This document shows, one piece after another, positions 33,243-43,389 of a stretch of 64,000 nucleotides of DNA. This DNA is from Blastocladiella emersonii ATCC 22665 (Eukaryota > Fungi > Blastocladiomycota), in the NCBI GenBank assembly GCA_025594325.1, contig JANHCV010000001.1, positions 682,001 through 746,000 on the forward strand, in the 5' to 3' direction. The notes under the pieces are model-generated. The model was given only the letters and a program-made list of their open reading frames with translations. It searched no databases and was not told the origin of the DNA. Every line of letters begins with the position of its first letter. Positions within the stretch are counted from its first letter, which is position 1. A program made the position numbers and the translations under genes.

Positions 33243-36200
33243 TCACTTGGTCCGGTACACGCTCAAAATCTTCTGCACATGCGGGGGCGCGACGACGCCA
33301 TACACCGCCCCCTTCGCGCTCCCCATCCCTGGGTGCTCGGCCTCCCACCGCTCGCGGTTCGCCTGCACCGCCTCGCGCGCGCGCTGCACGACCGCCGCCG
33401 GCGCGCCCGCCTGCCCGTACTGCTTGGCGATCCCGGGCACCTCGAGCACGCTGCCGCCGCGCGCGACGGCGTCGACGACCGCCACGATGCCCGCGGGCCC
33501 GATCCCGCAGTTGGTCAGGTTGAGCACGCGCAGGGTTTTCGAGTGTGCGACGGCGGACGCGATCGACACGGCGCCCGCATCGCCCAGCGCGTTGCCGACG
33601 CCGCCCATGACCAGCGTCCCGCGGTAGTACCCGAGGTGCAGCATCGCGAGCGCCGGGTGCGCGCGCACCGCGTCGCCGAGCGCGGCGGCGCCCGCGGGGC
33701 CGATCCCGTTGGACGCGAGCACGAGCCGCTGCAGCTTCGTATCCTTGGCCACGCCGCGCGCGAGCGCCGCCGTGCCCGCGTCGCCGAACCGGTTGCACGA
33801 CATGGACAGCGACTCGAGCGCCGCGCCGCCCGACGCGAGGAGGTCGCCGAACGCCTCGGCCGCGACGGGCGTGAGGTGGTTGGCGTCGAGGTACAGGTGC
33901 CGGAGCCCGGATCCCGAACCCGCGGCCGTCAGCGCGCGCGCGAGGGCGACGGCGCCCGCGTCCTGGATCCCCGTGTTGACGAGGTCGAGCACCGCGAGCG
34001 TCGTGTTAACACACAAAACGCGCGCGAGGTGGGCCGCGCCGTCGGCCAAAATCGGGTTGCGCTTGAGCCACACGGCCGAGATCTGCTGCGCCTGCGGGTC
34101 GAGCAGCGCGTCGGCGAGCACGCCCGCGTCGTCGGCGTCAAAGTCGTTGCCGCCAATGTACCACGTGCGGATCGCCGACCGCGGGTCGCGCATCGCCGCC
34201 GCGATCCGCCGCGCGCCCGCGGAACCCGTGATGTTGTTCCCGATCATGAGCGTATCGATGGCCGCCGCCGCCGACGTGTCGTGCGAGACCGCCATGGCAT
34301 CGAGCAGCGGGCCGATCCCCATGGGACCGACCACGTTCTTGCACAGGTCGAGCCGCGTCCCGTCGATCACGGTGCCGCGCGGGAACGCCACCTCCTTCTT
34401 CTCCCCACCCAAAACGTCGCTGCGCTGCAGGTACGTCAGGAGATCATCGAGCTCGTCGAGCGCACACGGGACGACCGGCTCAGGCTCGGGGTGCACGACC
34501 GCGCGGGACGCCGGCGCCGCGAGCATCGCCGCGCGCTCGACGTCGCCCGCGACCGCCGCCGTCCGCGGCTGCTTGGCCGCGCGGAAGTACGTCTCGGCCG
34601 AATGCGCCTCGTGCGCGCGCGCGAGCCGCGCCACGAGCCGCTGGTACGCCGCGTGCGACCGCTGCCGCTGGTACTCGGCGCGTTTCGGGTCCGCGTCCGC
34701 GGAAACGGGGAACAGGGCGAGCGCAATGGACTCGGCGAGACGCGACCCGCGGTTCACCGCGCTCTGCAGCCGCGGCGCGCGCACCGCGCACATGCTCGGG
34801 ACCGCGGGCTCGGCGGCGTCGTTCGTCTCCTCGGAGTCCTCGAGCTCGGCGTCGCCCGACGCGACCGCGGGCAGCCCGCGCGCGTCCTCGCGCAGCTGGT
34901 TGACGAACGCGTGCGTGACCGCGCGCTTGACGTCGGCCGCGACCTCGTCCTCCGACCCGCGCGCCGCGGCAGCGACCGCGGCCAGGACTACGAGCGGGCG
35001 CCACGAGTGCGCGAACTTGGGCACCACGGCCACGAGGTCGGCGAGGTGCGCCGCGCGCGCCTGCGAGTGCGCGAGCGCAGTCACAGCGACCGCGGCAAAC
35101 GCCTCGCCTGGGACATCCGCCTCGGACGCGGGCGCGCGCGCGTGAAGGAGCGTCAGCGCGACAAGGAGCAGGCCGCGGACCGTGAGCTCGCCGCCGCCCG
35201 GCGAGGACGAGAGGAGGGCCGAGGTCTCGGCGGCCCAGTCGACGGTCAGGTTGGTCAGGTCGAGCTTGGGCGGATACGCGACGAGGGCGCCGAGGACCGG
35301 GTGTGCCTTGATCGCGGCGCGGAGGTCACCGGGCAGCCCGACGGGGGCCGGGACCAGCGCGTCGCCGCGGCGCGCGACGAGGCCCGCGCCTGTCGACGCC
35401 CCGCGGGTGCGGTTCGCCGCGAGGATGCGGTGGTACAGCGCCGTGGTCGCGTCGGCCATCTCGGCGAGCGACGCGTCGCCCGGCAGCGAAGCCGCGACCG
35501 CGGCGTCGAAGTCGGCGGCGACCGTGTTCTTGACCGCGAACCGGCGCGCGAACTCCGCGACCGCGTCGAGCGGCCAGTGCTGCGGTGTGAAGTGGCCGCC
35601 GGGGTGCTCGAGGACCTCGGGCGCGTCCGCGTAAAGCGACGCAAGCGCGCGCGTGTTGGCCTCCATGACGGCGGGCGGGCCGAGGTGCTCGTCGTGTTTC
35701 CCGTAGATGTGGAGCGACGCGACGCCCGTGACGCTGCCCGGCGTGACGAGCGCAGCGTGCGCGGCAGCGCGCGACGGAAAGCCCGAGATGCACACGGCGA
35801 ACCGGTGCGGGAACCGCGCTTTGAGCGCCGACAGGAGCCCAATGAGCGTGGCGCCTTGCGAAAACCCGAGCAGCCCGTCGAACGGACCCTGCTCGGCAAA
35901 CACCGTGTCGAGGTACGTCAGCGTCGTGTCGGCGCCGTCGTACACGGTCTCGCCAGTCTCGGCGGATTTGCGAGCGTTCCACCACGCGCGCTGGTGCGGG
36001 ACCGCATGCGCCGGGCCCGCGACGCCCGTGCCGGCGTCAGCCGACGCGAGGTACGCGCGCGGCCCGTTGACGTGCACGAGCTCGAGGTGGCACGTGTCGC
36101 CCAGCAGCGACGTCAGCTTGCGCACGGCGCGGCGCAGCGTGTGCGAGTTCTGCCGGTACCCGTGCAGTACGAGCACGCGCATCGGGAGGTACTCGAGCGG

Positions 36201-37010
36201 CGCAGCCGCAGCCGAGGTGGTGGTGCTGGCCGTCTCGGCAGGAGCAGCGGCGACGGGCTCGCGCTTCTCGACCGACTTCATGAACAGCCGCTTGCGGCCC
36301 GACATGAACACGGCCTCGTCGGGCGTCAAGTCACGCCCGAGCACCGTGTTGCGGTACGGGTACCGGCCGAACTGGTCGACAATCTCCTGGTGACGGACCG
36401 CCGACGTCGCGTTGCTGCGGAACGTAGCCGGGTGGGCGAACCCCTTGGCCTCGACCTCGTCCGCGAGCGCCGCCATGAGCTCGGCGCCGCGCTTGACGGC
36501 CGTGCGGTCCTCGACGTGAACGAGCGGCATGTACAGGAACAGCCGCTCAGCGGGCGCGAACACGGTCGTGTACCCCGGGTCGCGCAGGACCGACTCGGTG
36601 AGCTGCACCGCGAGCGCGTCGGCCGCGAACATGCGCGGGTCGCCGCGGTACACGTGGCGCGAGAACTGGTCGGCGACCACGATCAGCGCGAGCGTGCCGC
36701 GCGGCGTGCGCGACCAGCGCGCGACGATCGAGTCGGCGGCGGGCGACGCCAGGTGCGCGTGCACCGCCTCGACGTGCGCGCCGAAGTGGCGCGTGATGTG
36801 CGCGTCGACGGCCGCGTCGTTGTGGAACCACAGCTTGGCCGGCGGGCGGTACGACAGCGCGTGCGCGTCGTCGGTGCCGAACCAGTACGCGAGCACGGCG
36901 CGGACCGCCTTGGCGTCGGCGCCGGACAGCTGCGACGCGCCGGGCGAGGCGCCGGTGATGATCTCGACCGTAGTGTCGGCGGTAGAATCGGCGTGCGTCG
37001 TGAGAGTCAT
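33243..37010 (-). CDS. Intronless 1255-aa fusion: DUF924 + FSH1-type serine hydrolase + unknown helical region + RNI-like LRR
   Basis: DUF924 motifs (VLAYWF, ALIVVADQFSRHVYRG, FLYMPLVHVE, HQEIVDQFGRYPYRNTVLGR). FSH1 motifs (RVLVLHGYRQN, GPFDGLLGFSQG, HIYGKHD, HPGGHFTP). LRR motifs (LDLCKNVVGP, VWLKRNPI, LDLVNTGI). ATG at 37010 preferred over the GTG at 37076. Confidence 0.85.
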   Translation of the reverse strand: MTLTTHADSTADTTVEIITGASPGASQLSGADAKAVRAVLAYWFGTDDAHALSYRPPAKLWFHNDAAVDAHITRHFGAHVEAVHAHLASPAADSIVARWSRTPRGTLALIVVADQFSRHVYRGDPRMFAADALAVQLTESVLRDPGYTTVFAPAERLFLYMPLVHVEDRTAVKRGAELMAALADEVEAKGFAHPATFRSNATSAVRHQEIVDQFGRYPYRNTVLGRDLTPDEAVFMSGRKRLFMKSVEKREPVAAAPAETASTTTSAAAAPLEYLPMRVLVLHGYRQNSHTLRRAVRKLTSLLGDTCHLELVHVNGPRAYLASADAGTGVAGPAHAVPHQRAWWNARKSAETGETVYDGADTTLTYLDTVFAEQGPFDGLLGFSQGATLIGLLSALKARFPHRFAVCISGFPSRAAAHAALVTPGSVTGVASLHIYGKHDEHLGPPAVMEANTRALASLYADAPEVLEHPGGHFTPQHWPLDAVAEFARRFAVKNTVAADFDAAVAASLPGDASLAEMADATTALYHRILAANRTRGASTGAGLVARRGDALVPAPVGLPGDLRAAIKAHPVLGALVAYPPKLDLTNLTVDWAAETSALLSSSPGGGELTVRGLLLVALTLLHARAPASEADVPGEAFAAVAVTALAHSQARAAHLADLVAVVPKFAHSWRPLVVLAAVAAAARGSEDEVAADVKRAVTHAFVNQLREDARGLPAVASGDAELEDSEETNDAAEPAVPSMCAVRAPRLQSAVNRGSRLAESIALALFPVSADADPKRAEYQRQRSHAAYQRLVARLARAHEAHSAETYFRAAKQPRTAAVAGDVERAAMLAAPASRAVVHPEPEPVVPCALDELDDLLTYLQRSDVLGGEKKEVAFPRGTVIDGTRLDLCKNVVGPMGIGPLLDAMAVSHDTSAAAAIDTLMIGNNITGSAGARRIAAAMRDPRSAIRTWYIGGNDFDADDAGVLADALLDPQAQQISAVWLKRNPILADGAAHLARVLCVNTTLAVLDLVNTGIQDAGAVALARALTAAGSGSGLRHLYLDANHLTPVAAEAFGDLLASGGAALESLSMSCNRFGDAGTAALARGVAKDTKLQRLVLASNGIGPAGAAALGDAVRAHPALAMLHLGYYRGTLVMGGVGNALGDAGAVSIASAVAHSKTLRVLNLTNCGIGPAGIVAVVDAVARGGSVLEVPGIAKQYGQAGAPAAVVQRAREAVQANRERWEAEHPGMGSAKGAVYGVVAPPHVQKILSVYRTK

Positions 37011-39579
37011 GCTACATCGGCGTGAGGCGTCAGACCGTGTATCGCGTGTCAGCGCGGAGGGTGTGACGGAACTCACGTTGTGGTTTTGGGCAGGAACGCT
37101 TCGTCCTCGATATGGGAAGGCTTCACGTTGATCAATTCATTCGAATGCAGGAGGTTCTGTCGGTCTTTTGAACGATTTCGTGTCCATGGCGAAGGGGAGG
37201 AGGAAGCGAGGGTCGGCAGCGACCAGCCGTGGGAATCGAGTCACTTCGCCACCGCGCTGAGCCCATCGACTCGATTCGCCGTCGCTCGCGAGCAACAACA
37301 TTGAAAGTTCGCAGAAGAAGCTAGAAGCTTAGTTGTGGCTAGCGAGATGGTTGTAAGTCGTCATGGCTTGGGTTCAAGTTCGCCTGGCTCGGACCCCAAG
37401 TCGACTCGACAGTGAGGACTGCGGAGTGGGTTCACCAACCATGGAAGCTTCCATCAAAGTCCTTCGGAAACCTGTTACACGTCCGGATCCACCATGGTTT
37501 ACATGGCGGCAAAGGCGGCAACGCGACCGGGCGGCAGGACGCGTCTGTCGGTCACGTGGTAACGTGGTGTGGCGCAGCGCGTCCGCGCCACGCCTGATCG
37601 CGACCTTCGCCTGCCCGGCGCTCAAGAGGATCTGCCCCTCCGAGCTTTCCTGCAATAGCTTGAGCACGAACGTGTCGGTCAGTGCGATTGCAGCCGCGAT
37701 CAACGCCGATCCAGTCTCCCGCGGTGACCAGCGTGGCGCGACGCGTCTCCCGCTCCCTTGCGCGGCAACGACGTGTGTCTCACACCGCGACCAAATAAGA
37801 AAGCTCTAAATCCCACAAAAAAGAACGCTGAAACTGAGTTACGCTCCAGTACACCGCTCGTACGGATCCAGGGAATACAAAAGGTAAAAGTCGTCTTGGT
37901 GCCCGCCTGCAAGCTGTCGCGTTCCATCACAGTAGCCAGAAGCCATCCCCAACCGGTGGGGGGTATCGAACACTGTCATTCGCACCCGCCCACGCCCAAA
38001 GTTGGTGGTCTCCGAGACCCTCCGGCCCACGCTGCAGGCAATCCTATAGCGATCGACCGCGACCGTGACGCGTGCGGCCGCTTCCCCCCTGCGCCGCTAC
38101 TTGCTGCGTCCCGCGGCTTCGTGCTCTGCCACCCTCCGCTAATGAGAAAGTTTACATGGAAGTAAACGAACCTCGTCACGGGTGTGGACGGGTCAATTCA
38201 TGCTCAGCCTCGTCCTGGCGGACGACCGCGCTCCCGCCCCTCGCCCCACGCCCCTTGCCCCTCGCCGCTGCCACTGGGCGAGGCGCACGTGCATATCGTT
38301 GACGTGATCGACATCAAGGACGGGCCCTGCGTCAAGATCCCCTTGGGCCCGGTCATAATCGCTGGTCAGACACCAGCAGCGTGTGACAAGATTCTCACGG
38401 CGACGCTCGTTGCGTTCCGCTCGATCGGCATCGGTCAGCGCGCGAGTCAAGGTGACAGCCAGCCCATCATCCTCTTGGGCGCTGCGGCGCTCAGCAAGGT
38501 GCTCAGCAACGATGTGTACACGTCCAATCGGAAGGTCCAGTTCATGCACTTCGGCGCTTCACGGCGTCGTCCAGATGATCCAAGTTCTCAACAACCTTTC
38601 TGCTCACCGCGGCGCACCGCTTGTGATCCTCAAGGCGCGCGTCAGCAACCTAGCGACCATCGCCACTGCGCACCTGACCTTGGCCTTCGCGACCGCAGCG
38701 TCCTCGGTCGTGAACGGTCCCAGCGATGCAACCTCAAACCGATTTGACGACGTGGACCGCAAAAAAATGGTATTGCGCCGACCAAGATGCCGTACGACCC
38801 GCGCCACTCGCTGCACTGACATCGCAGCGGGACGGGCGCGTGAGTCGACTGGTTCTTTGACTGAGTCCCATGAACCGACACCATGGCCGGGTGCTTGAAA
38901 ACCTGACGCTGCGGGCAAGCTGCGCTTGGGAATAAGACGGCGTGGGCGGCCCGCAACCTCGGCCGCAAGGGTCGCTCCCGCTGATCGATTTCGCCAACTC
39001 CACCGATCGATGACCTCTAGGCTCGCGTCGATGGAACACGACAATGTATCAGTCAACACCCTTTTGCCCTCCCGCGTTGCGTCGCGTGTCCCCGTGTTTC
39101 GTGTCCGAGTTAGGTGCGCACATTCTTATTGCAAATTGAATCGATAAATCTGGCCAGGGGCCTGTTTTGCCCGCGTTGCCGGCGCGTCCGTGTGTGCGAG
39201 ACACGGGTGCGAGACGTGTCGAACAATCACTGATCGAGGCCGGCCAATCAGCGCTTGCGGTTGGGCGCCTCGGGCGCCACCGCCGCCGCGGTCGTCGCCG
39301 TCTCGATCTACCCGCCGTTAGTTCCGCTGCCCCGAACTTGATGAGGACACTTGGCTCTCCATGCATTGCGCTTGAATCGCCCGACAGAACAGGTCCCCGC
39401 CGCGGATTGTCACTATGCTTACGCGCAGCCAGCCGCCATCCCGGACCCAGCCGCCGGCGCCCGCGGTTTCCCATCAACCCTCGTCCTCCAGCAGTGTTGC
39501 ACCTCCTCTCCATCAACTGCCCGCACCACCTACGCAGCCCACGCTTCCACTTCCAGCGCGGCAGCCCACCAAGTTTGAT

Positions 39580-39948
39580 ATGCGTGCCTTGGCTGCTGCC
39601 GGCTACGTCTTGGTCGCCGGCACTCGAGTCGCTGACCACGATCGCTCATGCTACATTCACTCCGGATGCGGGCAGTACACGGACGAGGGCGACTACCTCC
39701 GGTTTGACCCAGAGCCTCACGAACCGTATCCTCGTGTGCGCGTTTTCCGCTGGTCGCAGGAGGACGGCGTGTGCATGATTGGATGGATTGCGGACGAGCT
39801 CCTCGGCGCTTTCCATGAAGCATGCGGCCCCGCGGGCCCACACCGTATGGCTGGGATCGCCCTCGACCCTGAATGGAAGCCTCCTGGGTCGGTCAAGCTC
39901 AGGAGGCAGATGGACGGGTTCCTTATCATCAAGCTGCAGCCCGAGTAA
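39580..39948 (+). CDS. Small hypothetical protein (122 aa), unsupported by homology
   Basis: Protein-like composition (MRALAAAGYVLVAG...DPEWKPPGSVKLRRQMDGFLIIKLQPE). No family recognised. Confidence 0.3.
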   Translation: MRALAAAGYVLVAGTRVADHDRSCYIHSGCGQYTDEGDYLRFDPEPHEPYPRVRVFRWSQEDGVCMIGWIADELLGAFHEACGPAGPHRMAGIALDPEWKPPGSVKLRRQMDGFLIIKLQPE

Positions 39949-40201
39949 TGTTTGCGCAGCAGGCGCGAATATACCGCTATGCTCGTGGCTTTGTCATCAC
40001 CATTCTTAAGGTTTTTTTTTCCGGCCGGGTCGGCTTTGAGGTCCGATGTCAGTCAAACGCGTTGCGCCACTCTCGTGATAGCGGCGAGCACGATATCGGA
40101 GATGATCGCGGACGCGATCACAGGCGGGTTTCGGCGACGAGGTTAAAGAACTAAATGACGACATTTATGAACAGTAGCACAGCGCATACCAACCATGACC
40201 A

Positions 40202-42333
40202 TTACAGGTTAGCGGTGCCGGGCTTATACTTGTAGAAATAGGCGTTGAGCGTAAGCCAGAGGATCGCGACGCCGCACAGCGCCGAGTAGAAGTAGTACTT
40301 TCCAGCACGCGTGTCGTGGTTCGGGTAGGACGCCCACGACGCGGCCTCGAGCGTGCCCTCGAGCGCGACGACCAGGAAGTTGCCGATGGCGACGAGCAGG
40401 AGCCAGAACGAAGACGTCATGGCCTTTAGCGAGTCTGGCGACTGCGAGTAGGCAAACTCGTTGCCCGTCGGTGAGAACATGGCCTCGCCGATCGACAGGA
40501 TGATCCACTGCGGGAACTGCCATGCCGCGTGCACGCAGTTCTTGCACGAGCGCGGCACCTGGAACCCCTTGGCGTCGGTCTCGCCGTCAAACGAGTCGAT
40601 GACCTTGGTCTGCAGGAAACCCGACAGCAGGAAGGCGACGGCGACGAGCAGGGACCCGATGATCATGCGGCGCAGCGCCGTCACGGGGAGGCCGACCTTC
40701 TCGAGCGCCGGGTAGATGAAGGTCGCGAGGAGCCACAGCACCAGGACGATGAGGACCGGGTTGACGACAGCCGTGAACGTCTCAGCCGAGACGTACATGC
40801 CGAAGAAAACCTGGTCCATGCGATCATACTGCCCTTGCCACTCGGTCGACTGCTGGTCGTACACTACGGAGGGCGGCGGGGTCGGAGTCAGTGTCAGTTA
40901 GTGCGACCGGCCACGATGCAATGTCGCGAAGTTGGACGTACCCATCCAGACAAAGGAAATCGGGAAGATGACCCAAAGGACGCGCATGAACTCGCCCGTC
41001 TCCTCGGCGAACTGCGCGCCGTAGCGGTCGGACCCGAGCGAGAAGAAACTGGCGCCCTCGGCCGGGCGCTTGCCCGCAAAGTAGGCCTTGATCGAGTCAG
41101 CGATCACGAGCACGACCTTGAGCGGGACGAACTCGCCGACGGGCGGGACGATGCGGTAGTGGCGCTCGCCGTAGACGAACACGACAAAGGCGAGGAAGAA
41201 GACGACGGTCGGCAGGATGAAGCCGGCCATGTAGCAGAAGTGGGTCACCGTGCCGTCCTTGGCCACGATGCTGTCGCCCCAGCAGCGCGTGTTGTCCTTG
41301 ACGGCGGGCGTCACGAAGCCGGTGAGGAGCGAGCCGCAGTTGATGGCGATGTAGCTGTGCGAGGAAGTGGCGATGCGATGCGATGCGTCAGTTCCACGGA
41401 CCTCGAGCGAGCGATTCGGCGACAGGACGTACAAGTAGGAGAAGAACCGACGGATGGCATCGGCCTGCGACTTGAGGAACTGGTCACCACCGTGAGGGCC
41501 TGTAGGGAGGGAACGTGAAGGCGGGGCGAGTAAGTCTACGCGTCCGTCGTCTTCGTCAGAGCGGCGAGAGAGAGACGACCGTACCGACACACGGCTTGAT
41601 ACCGCCAGTACCAAAGGCCACGAGGTAAAGACCAATCGACACCGTGCCCACGGACCGCATCACCGGGATTGACGTGATCACGAGCACGATGTTGCCGATG
41701 AGGTAGATGACAGAGAGGTAGACGATCGTCTTGTACTTTCCGAGGAAGGAATCGGACACTGCAGCACCGATGAGACTACGTGGTGCGTGAGACGAGTGAG
41801 ACGAGGTCAGCTACTGCCATCACACGTCCACGTTCGAGGACAGGGATTGCACGTACGGGCAGAAATACGTGATCTGAGTCGAAGGTGTCGCGATGAGCGG
41901 ATCACGATCGAGCCAGGCAAGCGCTGCGGTTAGTCCCCGTCTGTTCGCAGTGAACCGCTCTGCGCATCGTCGCGATCAAAAAGGACACGCACCATCTTCC
42001 ACGCGTGGACCATGACCTTGGCGCTCTCGGCCGAGGCGCCGATGAACTGTAAATAGCGATTAATAAAGGCTGAAAGGGCGTAGTACGTAAAGCGCTCGCC
42101 GAACTCGTTTGGCAAGATGTAGTAGACGGCGCGCGGGAAGGCGTTGGGGTTCTTGGCGAGCCGCGCCTCGACGTCGGCGTTGATGCGCTGCTCCTTCTCG
42201 GAGAGCTACACGCGCGAGCACGGAGAGTCGCGTCGGATCCATGGTCGATCAGGGACGAGGTGACGCGGCGGCCGTGACAGCGTACCATGGACGCGCTCAC
42301 GCTGACCTGCGTGTCGATCTTCTCGAGGCCCAT
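40202..42333 (-). CDS. PTR2: POT/PTR2-family proton-dependent oligopeptide transporter, multi-exon
   Basis: ExxERFxYY motif 'NEFGERFTYY', 'SDSFLGKYKTI', 'GLYLVAFGTGGIKPC', 'YIAINCGSLL', 'QWIILSIGEAMFSPTGNEFAYSQSPDSLK'. Several GT-AG introns. Confidence 0.92.
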
Positions 42334-43389
42334 GGTGATGATGATGCGAGGATGTTGCTGGTGCAGTCAAAGCGTGTGTGGTCGAAGAAGACGAGGATCA
42401 GAGTCGGATCAACCGGCGATGCGATGTACGAGGAGCGAGGTCGGCACGAGCGCGCGGGAGCCGGAGGGGCATCGCGCCCTTTTGTACACTCACACGCCAG
42501 TCTGCCGTGCTTCGTCTCAAATCCGTTGTTAAGCCGGGATCCGAGACGCTGCAGTGAGTTGCGCGACCAAGCCACGGAGCTGCTGCGCTTCTCGGCTCTG
42601 CCACCGGGCCGAGGAGGCGCGTATTTCAAGGGCTCAGCTGCGGGGGCCGAGACCTCGGACCCAGCGTATCAATGAGTCCTCCAATCATCTGCCCGCGAGC
42701 GGCGGTCATGGGGCCGTGCGCCGCGACCGCGTTTGGAGGTGTGGCTGGGTCAACGACCACAAGTTGGCCGCGCTGTCGTTCGCGCTACGCCGACTGATGC
42801 AACTGCGGGCCTTGATTAGTTCATCATTGCCGAGGCCAAGCCGCCTAGGATGGCCTTCGCCAGAGCTCTAGCTCGAGTTTCTTCCAGCCATGGCCATCGC
42901 GCATGGCCATGGCCGCGACCCGAGGCGGCCGTGACGCGTGATGGCCAGCATGATCAGCTCCGCGGGGCCGGCGGGACCGGCGGGGCCGGCCGCTAAGATT
43001 ACCGAGTAAAATTGATCGTCGAATTCTGCCGGGATGTGCCGCGTCGCGTCCAACCTTCCGGAGCGCGGACACCTGCGTCGAAGGTCGCGTCGCCGTCGAC
43101 CCGTCGGTTGGGGTCGCTGCTGACTGACCGACCAGCGACCGTGCCGGCGATCCCGTCGTCGCGCCGTCGGTGTTCAGAACCACTCGCAAAGTTGAAGCAA
43201 GTCTCAGCGACGACCGTGGTTCAGCAAATAACTTGATATTACATAGATGATACTGCAATGGGGCGGAACGGGCTAGGAGGGCCACGGGCATCGCCGCGTG
43301 CCCTCGCCGGGAAATGAAGCAAGATGGTACAATGTGCGAGCGAAACGAGAGGAAGAGAAACACACCCGCGGGCGACCGAACCGCGTCGC

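Noticed and set aside
33066-37025. 1319-aa plus-strand ORF
   Set aside because: Exact antisense shadow of the DUF924-FSH1-LRR gene; no domain content.
37441-37454. 14-bp palindrome ATGGAAGCTTCCAT
   Set aside because: Single occurrence with no supporting context; plausible by chance.
37470-37540. 'RCRLCRHVNH' as a retrotransposon Gag zinc knuckle
   Set aside because: The final Cys of CX2CX4HX4C is missing, and no protease, RT, integrase or LTRs are seen nearby.
42680-43300. Short GGCCGGCGG and ATGGCC repeats between PTR2 and the GPI-protein gene
   Set aside because: No TIR/TSD structure or ORF support found; consistent with GC-rich intergenic sequence.
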